Assembly (NCBI GenBank): GCA_963718605.1
Contig: OY970363.1
Location: forward strand, 50,404 to 114,403
DNA: 64,000 nt
Reading direction: 5' to 3'
DNA from: an uncultured Actinomycetes bacterium
GTDB lineage: Bacteria; Actinomycetota; Acidimicrobiia; Acidimicrobiales; JACCXE01
A program made the position numbers and the translations under genes. Numbering within the stretch: position 1 is the stretch's first letter; each line of letters starts with the position of its first letter. Shown piece after piece: positions 10,449-20,200 of the stretch. The notes beneath the pieces were generated by a model. That model worked only from the letters and a program-made list of their open reading frames with translations. It was not told where the DNA came from and made no database searches.

Positions 10449-11610
10449 ATGTATCCCTGTCACGGACTGCGCGTGCTCGACATGTCGCGCGTCGTCGCGG
10501 GCCCGATTGCCGGTCGCATCCTCAGCGATCTCGGCGCCGACGTCGTGAAGCTCGAACCACCCGAGGGCGACGTCACCCGCAACTGGGGACAGGTGCGCCA
10601 TGGCCTGTCGGGGTTCTACACACAACAGAACGCGGGCAAGCGCAACGTCTGTGTCGACCTGCGCGCCGAGGGCGCGGTCGATGTGGTTCGCTCGCTGGCA
10701 AACCACGCTGACATCGTGATCGAGAACTTTCGCGCCGGGGTGCTCGACCGCCTGGGGCTTGGCTACGCCCAGCTCAGCGCGGCGAACCCGCGGGTCATGA
10801 TGCTGTCAGTGTCTGGCTTTGGCCGCGGCGGCCCTGAGTCACACCGCCCCGCCTACGCGCCGATGATGCACGCCGAGACCGGTCTGCTGCACCGCCAAGC
10901 CGAGTTCGACGCCGCGTGGCCGTCGGACCCGATGCTGTCGCTCGCCGACTCCTACAGCGGCCTGCACGGCACCATCGCGATCTTCGCGGCCCTGCGCGTG
11001 CGCGACGAAACTGGCGCGGGCCAGCACATCGACATGGCCATGTTCGACGCGATCACGTTCAGCGACGACTACACCCACCACGCGATCGACAACGAACCGG
11101 TTGTTCGCTTGGGCGGCGACGTCTACATGACCGCCGCCGGCCCGGTGCTGTTCGCCGGGCAACTGCGCGCCGTCTGGGGGTCGCTCAAGCATCTGATCGA
11201 CGACCCCGCACCCGGCGAGGTCCCGATCTCCGAGAAGGCACGCTTGCGCAAGGCGGCGGTCGCGGACTGGGCGGCGTCGTTCGACAACTTCGACGACTTG
11301 GCCGCACGCGCTCGACAAAGCCGGTCTCGCGTTCGGACCGGTCCGCAACCAGTTCGACGTGGTGCGGTCGCCCACCGCCGGCGCGCGTGGCACGGTGGCG
11401 CAGATCGACGACAACGGCGGCCACGGCCAAACGCGTGGCGTGGTGCAGACGCCGTACCGCTTCAGCAATGCCGAGTCCGGAGTACGAGGCGCGGCCCCCC
11501 ATCGCGGCCAGCACAACGCTCGGGTCCTGCGGGACTGGGCTGGTCTCGACGACGAATCGATCAACGCGCTCGAGACGTCGGGCGTATTGCAGTACGACGC
11601 GTTCGCCTAA
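10449..11610 (+). CDS. CaiB/BaiF family III CoA-transferase (frameshift near 11305)
   Basis: GLRVLDMSRVVAGP, LGADVVKLEPPEGD, NAGKR, ENFRAG; C-terminus PYRFS...APHRGQHN in another frame. Confidence 0.88.
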
Positions 11611-11858
11611 TCCGCGGGCGCGAGCAGCCCTCGCTCGGCCAGCAGCGCCAAGCCGCGCTCGACGTGCTCGATCGGCATCCCGAGGTGCGCCGCGATGCCG
11701 GTGGCGTTGAGCGAGCCATCCAGGACGCCGATGATCGGCACGAGCACTTCGTTCGCGGCCCGCCCCTGAAAGATCACGGGCGCGCCGCCGTTCACGACGG
11801 CGATGCCGTCAGGCAAAGCGACCACCTCGAGACCCTGGTCGAGTTGGGGCTGGCTCAT
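11607..11858 (-). CDS. Stand-alone RiPP recognition element (RRE)/winged-helix-like protein, 83 aa
   Basis: Three short beta-like segments then LDGS...IAAHLG...VERGLALLAERGLL helices; ATGA-coupled to the upstream E1-like gene. Confidence 0.6.
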   Translation of the reverse strand: MSQPQLDQGLEVVALPDGIAVVNGGAPVIFQGRAANEVLVPIIGVLDGSLNATGIAAHLGMPIEHVERGLALLAERGLLAPAD

Positions 11859-12400
11859 GGCGCCGCCTTAACGCAGCCGCACCCGTCCATCGGCACGACT
11901 CGACCCTCGATCACCTGATCGCGGTCGCTGTGCCGGCGCACGACACCGAGCAGCTTGTCGGGCACGGTGTCCACGCCGGGCAGTGTGATCGCGGTGCGCA
12001 ACGCGCCGATCTCGTTCGCCGCGATCCGGGTGAGTGCCCGCAGCGCGCGTGTCGGCGGCGGCACGACCGCCCGCAGCCAGTGCGAGTGAATCGCGTCGTG
12101 CACCGCGAGGTCGGTCGCGTGTTGCCGCTCGCGCGCCTCGAAGCACTCGAAGCAAGGCCCCCCGGGCGCCACCACCGGTCCGACCTGCAGACGGCCGTGA
12201 TAACCCCAGATCGGCACGAAGGGTTGGCCGCTCGCATTGAGGTCGCGCGCGACCGCGAGCGCCGGACGCGAGGCCACGAGCATCACGAGGCAGTCCTCTC
12301 CCATTGGGTCCGACGGCCCCTGGTGCTGGACGCCGCGGTCGCGCAACACGTTGCGCACGTCGCGTCCGTACATTCCGACGCCGACGACGAGCAGTCTCAT
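11855..12400 (-). CDS. TOMM leader-binding / ocin-ThiF (E1-like) cyclodehydratase partner
   Basis: PFVP...LQVGPVVAPGGPCFECFEAR and C-terminal VPMDGCGC; ATGA overlap with the YcaO gene. Confidence 0.75.
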   Translation of the reverse strand: MRLLVVGVGMYGRDVRNVLRDRGVQHQGPSDPMGEDCLVMLVASRPALAVARDLNASGQPFVPIWGYHGRLQVGPVVAPGGPCFECFEARERQHATDLAVHDAIHSHWLRAVVPPPTRALRALTRIAANEIGALRTAITLPGVDTVPDKLLGVVRRHSDRDQVIEGRVVPMDGCGCVKAAP

Positions 12401-13446
12401 GACGCGACCCGTGCGAGGCGGGCGTGGTCGGTCCAACCCGGCGTCGGTTGTATCGGGCTGAGGCCCGGGACGATCACGCGCACCGCCGCGAGATTCGCGC
12501 GGCGAAGTTCGTCGGTGGTGAGGTCAACGGCGTATCCCGCGAGGCCCGCTTGGCGCAGTCGCGCCACGATCGCGGGCTTCGTGACGTCAATCGGGTCGGC
12601 GGCGGTCAGTGGCGAAGGCGCGCCCTCGGTCGGGAGATCGAAGGCGGGATCGGGCGGTGGCTCTTCGGGGTAGGCCGCGATCGCGCGACGCGCGCGACGC
12701 CGCACCAAATCGCGGACGGCGGCGACGCGCGCAGCTTCCATCGTCGGCGCCGCCGCGATACCGACTTCAAATGACGCCCGGCCCTGCGCGATAGCGCACG
12801 GCACGCCGACGTCGCTCGTCGCGTCGAACACCGCTACGTCGCCGTCGTGCGACAACAAGGGCAGCACGGCGTTGCGGGTTCGCGCCAACGCGAGCGCGTC
12901 ACGCGCGAGGCAGTCCAAAAGTCCGTCGAGCACGGCGGCACCGAGGTCGGACGCAACCGCGAGGCCCGCGAGCGACGGACCCCAGAAGTTCTCAGCTTCA
13001 ACGGCGATCGGCAGGCCGATGTGCGTCAACACTGACGGCACCCACATCGGTCGCCCGTCGTCGAGCGCGAAACCTTCGACCCACCGGATGCGGTCACGGG
13101 TTTCAATCGGTGACACGCGCGCCAAGTCCTCAACGGCGATCGCCTCGTCAGCCAACTCATCGGCGCTCGCCCAACGCATGCTGGGCGCGTCCCACGACGC
13201 CGCGACATACAGCGCCAGCGCGCGACGCAACGCGTCGTCCGAGGCCGTCTTCTCGTTGGGTCCGACTCCCACCGCGGTCAGGGTCGGCGCATGCTCGGGA
13301 TGCGGGCCGTGCCCGACCGACGCGATCTGCACGGCAGTCGCGTTGGTACCCGACGCGTCGGGTGTGCCGTCGTCGTAGGGACGTATGAACGAGACGACCC
13401 CACCGATGGGGCTTACCAGCGATCGAGCGATGGTCGAAGGTAGCAA
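12397..13446 (-). CDS. Degenerate YcaO-domain protein
   Basis: LVSPIGGVV, IRWVEGFAL...MWVP, DATSDVGVP, VDLTTDELRRANLAAVRVIVPGLSP are YcaO scaffold motifs; TTG start 13446 with GGAG upstream. Confidence 0.78.
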   Translation of the reverse strand: MLPSTIARSLVSPIGGVVSFIRPYDDGTPDASGTNATAVQIASVGHGPHPEHAPTLTAVGVGPNEKTASDDALRRALALYVAASWDAPSMRWASADELADEAIAVEDLARVSPIETRDRIRWVEGFALDDGRPMWVPSVLTHIGLPIAVEAENFWGPSLAGLAVASDLGAAVLDGLLDCLARDALALARTRNAVLPLLSHDGDVAVFDATSDVGVPCAIAQGRASFEVGIAAAPTMEAARVAAVRDLVRRRARRAIAAYPEEPPPDPAFDLPTEGAPSPLTAADPIDVTKPAIVARLRQAGLAGYAVDLTTDELRRANLAAVRVIVPGLSPIQPTPGWTDHARLARVAS

Positions 13447-13497
13447 GCGGCGCCTTCTCCCACCGTGGAAGGACCGGATTCGCCTACGTTGCGCGGT

Positions 13498-14214
13498 ATG
13501 ACGATTGCGACGCGCTACGAAAAAGTGACGGCCGCCGACGGTGGCACATTCGATTGCTTTTGCGCGGTGCCCGACAGCGGTAGCGGGCCTGGCATCTTGC
13601 TGTTCCAAGAAATATTCGGCATCAACGACAACATCCGCGATCTCGCCGAGAGGCTCGCCGGCGAGGGGTACGTGGTGCTCGCACCCGACATGTTCTGGCG
13701 CATCGAGCCGCGCTTCGAGCGGAAGGACGAGTCGGGCATGGGCGACGCCTTCGCCATGGTGCAAAAGTTCGACTTCGAGCAGGGCGTGGCCGACATCCAG
13801 GCCGCCCATGCGCATCTGCTGGGCATGAGCGAGTGCACCGGCAAGATTGGGGCGGTGGGCTTCTGCCTTGGCGGCGGCCTCGCGTTCGCCGCCGCCGCGC
13901 TGAGTCGATTTAACGGCAACGGCATCGATGCGGCCGTGCCCTACTACGGCTCACCGGTGAACGGACTCCTCGTGCACGCCGACAAGGTCGAGTGCCCGGT
14001 GCTGTTTCACTACGGCGACGAGGATCCGTTCATCCCGATAAATCTCATCGAGGAAGTGGAAGCCGCGTTCGCCGGTCGCGATGACGTCGAGGTGCTGCAT
14101 TACGCGGCCGGCCACGCGTTCAGCAATAACGACGCGCCCTCGATGTACAACGCCGAGGCCTCGGCGTTGGCGTGGGAGCGCACGCTCGCGTTCTTCGATC
14201 GCACGCTCCGCTAG
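13498..14214 (+). CDS. Dienelactone hydrolase family protein
   Basis: QEIFGIN, GFCLGG, YYG, GHAF; TACGTT -10 box 7 nt before ATG. Confidence 0.93.
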   Translation: MTIATRYEKVTAADGGTFDCFCAVPDSGSGPGILLFQEIFGINDNIRDLAERLAGEGYVVLAPDMFWRIEPRFERKDESGMGDAFAMVQKFDFEQGVADIQAAHAHLLGMSECTGKIGAVGFCLGGGLAFAAAALSRFNGNGIDAAVPYYGSPVNGLLVHADKVECPVLFHYGDEDPFIPINLIEEVEAAFAGRDDVEVLHYAAGHAFSNNDAPSMYNAEASALAWERTLAFFDRTLR

Positions 14215-14240
14215 CGACTCCTTCGCTAGCGTCGTTTTGC

Positions 14241-14744
14241 GTGGTCGGTCGCGTCGAATCCGTGAACGTCGGGCTCCCTCGCACGGTGGAGTGGTTTGGC
14301 CGGAACGTGGTCACATCCATCTGGAAGGAGCCCGTCGCCGGTCGCGTGCGGGCAGAAGGCGTGAACCTCGCCGGTGACGCGCAGGCTGACCTACGCGTGC
14401 ACGGCGGCCCCGACAAGTCGGTCTACGTGTACAGCGCCGAGGATTACGCGTGGTGGGCTGACGAACTCGGCACGCCACTCACTCCCGGTACCTTCGGCGA
14501 CAACCTGACCGTCAGCGGCATCGACTGCTCCAGTGCGATTGAAGGCGAGGTGTGGCACATCGGAACCGCGACGTTCGTCACGACGCAACCTCGCCAACCG
14601 TGTTTCAAACTCGGGATCCGTATGAACGACGCCAGCTTCGTGCAGCGCTTTGGCGAAGCGAACCGACTCGGTATGTACCTGCGGATCTCCGAAGCGGGTG
14701 ACGTGGGCGCAGGCGACGACGTCACGATCACGGTGCCGGCCTGA
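14241..14744 (+). CDS. MOSC domain protein (YiiM-like)
   Basis: GDAQADLRVHGGPDK, FGDNLT, QPRQPCFKL. Confidence 0.9.
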   Translation: MVGRVESVNVGLPRTVEWFGRNVVTSIWKEPVAGRVRAEGVNLAGDAQADLRVHGGPDKSVYVYSAEDYAWWADELGTPLTPGTFGDNLTVSGIDCSSAIEGEVWHIGTATFVTTQPRQPCFKLGIRMNDASFVQRFGEANRLGMYLRISEAGDVGAGDDVTITVPA

Positions 14745-15586
14745 TGCGGCCGCGCGAGGAACGCGGGTCACTGGCGTGGATCGCGTCGGACTTCCGTTCA
14801 CTTTTGCCCGGAGCCAGCGCCGGCCTGATGCAGCTGATGTATCCCCCGCTCGGCCACGCCGTGATGGAGCACTCGGCGTTCGTGGACGACCCGTTTGGTC
14901 GGGTGTACCGATCCATTCCGCAGATCTGGGCGACGATCGTCATGCCCGACGCGGAGGACCGCGCCCGCCACGTGCGCGACCTCCACAAAGCCATCAAGGG
15001 CACCGACGAGGCGGGCGCCCGCTATCACGCGCTCGATCCGGACACATTTTGGTGGGCCCACGCCACCTTCACGTGGGAGATGTTCCGGTCCGTCGAGCTC
15101 TTCCACCGGCGCCAACTCGATGAACGCGAGCGTCACGCCCTCTACGCCGAGACCGTCGAGTGGTACGCGCGGTACGGGGTGTCGATGCGGCCAGTCCCGA
15201 GCGACCTCGACGCGTTCAATGAGCGCTTCGCCGAGATTTGCGCAGACGAACTCGAGCTCACGCCAGCCGCGACCTACGCGATCGAGATCGCGGCGACGGG
15301 CCAACTCGGGCTGCCGCTTGTCCCGGCGCCGGTAACGCGTGCGATGCGACCCGCTCTCCGCAACCCGGGTCGCGCGGTGGCTTTTGGCTGCATGCCGAGC
15401 GCGTTGCGCCAACGCATGACCATCCCGTGGACCCGCGGCGACCGCCGCACACTCGGGCTGCTGAAGGCCACGATGCGCGCCGGCGGCACGGTGGTGCCCA
15501 ACGAGTTGAATCGCCGGGCACTGCGATTCTCCCTGCGGCAAGTCGGCGCTCGCACGCGCGCCGAGCGTTACCGGCCCGCGAGCTAA
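14744..15586 (+). CDS. MpaB/DUF2236 oxygenase-family protein
   Basis: QLMYP..V.EHS, LHKAIKG, YHALDPDTFWWAHAT. Confidence 0.85.
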   Translation: MRPREERGSLAWIASDFRSLLPGASAGLMQLMYPPLGHAVMEHSAFVDDPFGRVYRSIPQIWATIVMPDAEDRARHVRDLHKAIKGTDEAGARYHALDPDTFWWAHATFTWEMFRSVELFHRRQLDERERHALYAETVEWYARYGVSMRPVPSDLDAFNERFAEICADELELTPAATYAIEIAATGQLGLPLVPAPVTRAMRPALRNPGRAVAFGCMPSALRQRMTIPWTRGDRRTLGLLKATMRAGGTVVPNELNRRALRFSLRQVGARTRAERYRPAS

Positions 15587-16539
15587 GCGGGAAAATACGT
15601 CTCTACCAACGCGCCGAACCGCTCTGGAATCGATCCGCTCGGCGCCGGTCCGCACCACCAACGCTTGAACATTTCCGCCGTGGCCTCGAGACGCGCGGAC
15701 GCCGCGTAGGGCGAGACGTGCATGCCGAGCGCATACCGGGCCTCGGGGACCTCGAACACTTTCTCCAGCGTCGGTTGCCCAAACCAGCCTCCGATGACGC
15801 GGCGAAACTCGATCGTCGCCGCGTAATCGCGGGACTCCCACTCGCCTTCGATCATGTGCCACATCTCGTGGGCGACGACGCCGTCGATGGCCGTCCACGG
15901 CTTGGGCACCTCGGCCGGGTTCCCTTTCGTCGGCACTTCGCCCTGCCTGGATGCGCGCGCCGCCGCAAGTGCCTCAAGACCCTCGACGAACGAGTAGCTC
16001 GCGTTCATGTGAATAAACGCACTCAGGCGGGGCGCCGCACCCGCCGTCTTGCCCTCGGCCATTCCGTGCACGGCGTGGTCGAACGAGATCGCATTTACAA
16101 ACTGCGCGGCGCGACCAAACCGCTCCTGTACGCCGAACGCGGTGTCAACGGCCAGCGCGACCGCTTCGGCGACGTGGTCGTCGCGCTCCGGTAAGCCCAC
16201 TCGAAACGACGGCCGGCCATCGGTGGGCTCGATGCTCAAGCGAGTCATCCCGCCGAATCCGGACGTGAAGTCGGCGACTTTGCGCAGGAATCGGTTGCGG
16301 TGCGGCAGGGCACGCACGCGGGTGTCCGGCAGCAGCTGTTCGACCTGGGATGCGAGGTCACCGAGGGCCAGCGCTGTCCCCCGGGTGAGTGGTGCGCGCA
16401 GAGGTCCGCCGTATCCCGCCTGGCGTGCCGCCAGGCGAACCAACAGATCGCCCGAATCAATCTGTGTCGCCCCGGCGGCCGCCTGTTCGGCAACGACGGC
16501 ACGCGCTTGGGCTAGGTCCACTCGCTCATCCGGCCCCAT
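15583..16539 (-). CDS. Hypothetical protein with zincin-like HExxH motif
   Basis: VVAHEMWH followed by VSPYAASARLEATAEMF. Confidence 0.65.
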   Translation of the reverse strand: MGPDERVDLAQARAVVAEQAAAGATQIDSGDLLVRLAARQAGYGGPLRAPLTRGTALALGDLASQVEQLLPDTRVRALPHRNRFLRKVADFTSGFGGMTRLSIEPTDGRPSFRVGLPERDDHVAEAVALAVDTAFGVQERFGRAAQFVNAISFDHAVHGMAEGKTAGAAPRLSAFIHMNASYSFVEGLEALAAARASRQGEVPTKGNPAEVPKPWTAIDGVVAHEMWHMIEGEWESRDYAATIEFRRVIGGWFGQPTLEKVFEVPEARYALGMHVSPYAASARLEATAEMFKRWWCGPAPSGSIPERFGALVETYFPA

Positions 16540-16550
16540 TGTGACCGAGC

Positions 16551-16607
16551 CTTCATTCTTGTAACCCTCAGTAGCCGATTCGGCGACTCTGGGTTACAAG
16601 AATGAAG
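16551..16607. repeat. REP-like palindrome family A, copy 2
   Basis: Perfect 17-bp arms CTTCATTCTTGTAACCC / GGGTTACAAGAATGAAG. Confidence 0.8.
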
Positions 16608-16609
16608 TT

Positions 16610-16635
16610 GGAACAACGGATCGATCCGGCACGTT
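16610..16635 (+). promoter_or_regulatory. SigH/SigR-type ECF promoter of msrB
   Basis: GGAAC-N18-GTT matches the actinobacterial thiol-stress sigma consensus. Confidence 0.65.
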
Positions 16636-16682
16636 CTTCATGCCGTAGTAATCGGCAGGAAACCCATCGCAATGGAGGATGA

Positions 16683-17135
16683 ATGGCAACGCGCAGCGGA
16701 GGACTCGGCGGACTCTTCAAGAAATTGCTCGGCGACGAACCCGACGCCACGCCCCGCGCGGTCAACAAGACCGACGAAGAGTGGCGCGCGGAACTAAGCC
16801 CCGAGCAGTACCGCGTTCTTCGACAAGCCGATACGGAACGACCGTTCAGCCATGAGGACGTCCACGCCGACGCCGACGGCATGTACCGCTGCGGCGGATG
16901 CAATGCGGCCCTGTTCCGCGCTGACACGAAGTTCAACTCGGGGTCCGGTTGGCCCAGCTTCTACGAGGCCGAGGAGAACGGCGTCGAACTTCGCCGCGAC
17001 TTCTCGATGGGAATGCCCCGCACCGAGGTCGTGTGCAAGGCCTGCGGCGGGCACTTGGGCCATGTGTTCAACGACGGCCCCCGCCCGACCGGCAAGCGTT
17101 ACTGCATCAACGGCTGCGCTCTCGCGACCGATTAG
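16683..17135 (+). CDS. msrB: Methionine-R-sulfoxide reductase
   Basis: TERPF, KFNSGSGWPSF, GHLGHVFNDGP, RYCING; two CxxC. Confidence 0.96.
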   Translation: MATRSGGLGGLFKKLLGDEPDATPRAVNKTDEEWRAELSPEQYRVLRQADTERPFSHEDVHADADGMYRCGGCNAALFRADTKFNSGSGWPSFYEAEENGVELRRDFSMGMPRTEVVCKACGGHLGHVFNDGPRPTGKRYCINGCALATD

Positions 17136-17152
17136 GGCAGTTCAGCCGGCGC

Positions 17153-17178
17153 GGAACAATTGGAATGGGGCTGCCGTT
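17153..17178 (+). promoter_or_regulatory. SigH/SigR-type ECF promoter upstream of metH
   Basis: Second GGAAC-N18-GTT. Confidence 0.55.
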
Positions 17179-17204
17179 GAGAAGGCCCTACCCTTATGGC
17201 CAAG

Positions 17205-20200
17205 ATGCGTGACTATCTGAAGGCAGTTCGCGAGCGGGTTGTCGTTTTCGACGGCGCCACCGGCACCAACCTGCACGCCCGCGACCTGAGCCTCGACGAC
17301 TTCGGCGGCCCTCAATTCGAGGGCTGCCCCGAAATCCTCAACATCACCCGGCCCGATGTCATCCGCGACCTCCATGCGTCGTTCTTCGACGTGGGCTGCG
17401 ACGTCGTCGAAACCAACAGCTTCGGCGGGTTCTCGACCGTCCTCAACGAGTACCAAATTCCCGAACGGGCCTACGAGCTTTCGCTGGCGTCGGCCCGCAT
17501 CGCCCGCGAGGTGGCCGACAGCTACGACGGGGACCGTTTCGTCGCCGGCTCGCTTGGGCCCGGCACGAAGATGGCGACCCTCGGCTGGATCTCCTTCGCC
17601 GAGCTGCGCGACAGCTACGAGACTGCCGCGGCCGCCTTGCTCGAGGGTGGCGTCGACCTCTTCATCATCGAGACGGTGCAAGACCTGTTGCAGGCGAAGG
17701 CCGCGATGATCGCGTGCCGCCGCGCTATGAAAGCCGCGGGCCGCGAGGTGCCGATCCAAGTGCAGGTCACGATCGAGACCACCGGCCGCATGCTGCTGGG
17801 CACCGAGATCGGTGCCGCGCTCGCGTCGCTCGGCGCGATGCGGCCCGATGTGTTCGGCCTGAACTGCGCGACCGGTCCGAAGGAGATGCACGAGCACCTG
17901 CGGCACCTGTCGCGGTATTCGCCGTTCCCGATCAGCTGCGTTCCGAACGCGGGTTTGCCGTCGATCGTCGACGGTCACACGCACTACGACCTCACGCCCG
18001 AACAGTTGGCGGACGCGCACGAACACAACGTCACCGAACTCGGAATCAGCGTGGTCGGCGGCTGTTGCGGCACCACGCCCGAACACCTGCGCCATGTGGT
18101 CGAGCGCGTGCAGAACCTCACACCGGCGGTGCGCACGCCCACCGTTGAGCCGAGTGTGTCGTCGTTGTTCAGCGCGGTGCCGCTGCGGCAAGAGACGAGC
18201 TACCTCGTCATCGGCGAGCGCACGAACGCCAACGGCTCGAAGGCGTTCCGGGACGCACTGCTCGACGGCAACTGGGACGTCTGTGAGGACATGGCCCGCG
18301 AGCAGGTCAAGGAAGGCAGCCACGCGATCGACGTGTGTGTCGACTACGTCGGCCGTGACGGCGCGCCGGACATGAGCGAGTTGGCCCGGCGCTACGCCGA
18401 GCGCATCGACGGCGTCATCGTGCTCGACTCCACGGAACCGCAAGTGATCCAGGCGGGCCTCGAACGCCTCGGCGCCCGCGCGATCATCAACTCCGTCAAC
18501 CTCGAAGACGGTGACGGCGAGAACACGCGTTTCCACAAGGTGCTCACGCTCGCCGCCGAGTTCGGCGCTGCCGTCGTGTGCACGTGCATTGACCAAGAAG
18601 GTCAGGCGCGTACGCCCGAGTGGAAGCTGCGGGCCGCCCAACAGATTCGCGACCTCGCCGTCAACCGCTACGGGCTGCGCGACGAGGACCTGCTGTTCGA
18701 CGCGCTGGCGTTGTCGATCGGCACCGGTCTCGAAGAGTCACGCGGCGACGGTGCGTCGACGATCGAAGGCATCCGCCTGATCTCACAGGAACTGCCGAAC
18801 TGCTTCACCACGCTCGGCCTGTCCAACGTGAGCTTCGGCCTGAACCCGGCGCTGCGCCACGTCATCAACTCCGTGTTCCTGCACGAGTGCGTCGAAGCGG
18901 GGCTCACGAGCGCGATCGCCCATGCGGGCCGGTTGATGCCCCTGAACCGCATCGACGAGGAAGACAAGAAGCTCGCCCTCGACCTGATCTACGACCGTCG
19001 CACCGATGGCTACGACCCGCTCACAATCTTGCTCAACAAGTTCGAAGGCGTGAAGGCCGGCGCACTGGAAAAGGAAGACCGCAGTGGCTGGCGGGTCGAA
19101 GACCGCCTTAAGCAGCGCATCATCGACGGTGACCGCACCGGGCTCGATGCTGATCTCGACGAGGCGCTCGGCACCACGGCCGCGCTCGACATCCTCAACG
19201 ACACCCTGCTCGAAGGCATGAAGGTCGTCGGCGATCTCTTCGGACGCGGCGAGATGCAGCTGCCGTTCGTGCTGCAGAGCGCCGAGGCGATGAAGGCCGC
19301 GGTCGCCCACCTCGAGCCGCACATGCCTAAGACCGCGGACTCGACGAAGGGCCGCATCGTGCTTGCCACCGTCAAGGGCGACGTGCACGACATCGGCAAG
19401 AACCTCGTCGACATCATCCTCACCAACAACGGCTACGAGGTGTTCAACCTCGGCATCAAGGTCCCGCTGAACGACATGGTGCAAAAGGCGCGCGAAGTGG
19501 GCGCCGACGCGATCGGCATGAGTGGGCTGCTTGTGAAGAGCACGCTGATCATGCGCGAGAACCTTGAAGAATTGAACGAGGCCGGCCTGGCCTCGGATAC
19601 GCCGGTCATTCTCGGCGGCGCCGCCCTTACGCGCACCTACGTCGAGCGCGACCTGCGCGAGGTCTACGACGGCCGCGTGTTCTACGGCAAGGACGCATTC
19701 GAAGGCCTGCACACTCTGGACGACCTCATGAACCGCAAGCGCGCCGGCACCCTCGAAGGCGACGAAGCCTTCGGCCGGGAGGCCGGTGGTCGCAACCTTC
19801 CTCGCCGCGAGCCCAAGCCGGTCGTCGATCCGTCGACACTGCCGTCGCGGTCGCCCGCCGTCGCCGCCGACAACCCCGTCTTCACGCCGCCGTTCCTAGG
19901 CTCACGCGTTATCAAGGGCATCGCGCTCGATGACATCGTCACGTACATCAACGAGACGGCGCTGTTCCGCAACCAGTGGCAGTACCGGCCGGAAAAGGGC
20001 GAGAACGACGAGGACTTCAAGGCCCGCATTCGCCCCGTGTTCCGCGAGCGGCTGGCCGAAGCGAAGTCGCTCGGCCTGCTCGTGCCACAGGTCGCGTACG
20101 GCTACTTCCCGGCGAACGCAGACGGCAACGACGTGATCATCTGGAAAGACGACGACCGCAACGCCGAGTGGATGCGGTTCTCGCTCCCCCGCCAGCAAAA

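Noticed and set aside
10398-11918. 506-aa CoA-transferase overlapping the RRE gene
   Set aside because: A frameshift near 11305 causes read-through; the true C-terminus ends at 11610.
17142-18641. Long antisense ORFs (also 21192-22661, 30118-31578, 47865-49223, 57671-59155, 59893-61293)
   Set aside because: Shadow frames of real genes, expected at high GC, with no recognisable motifs.
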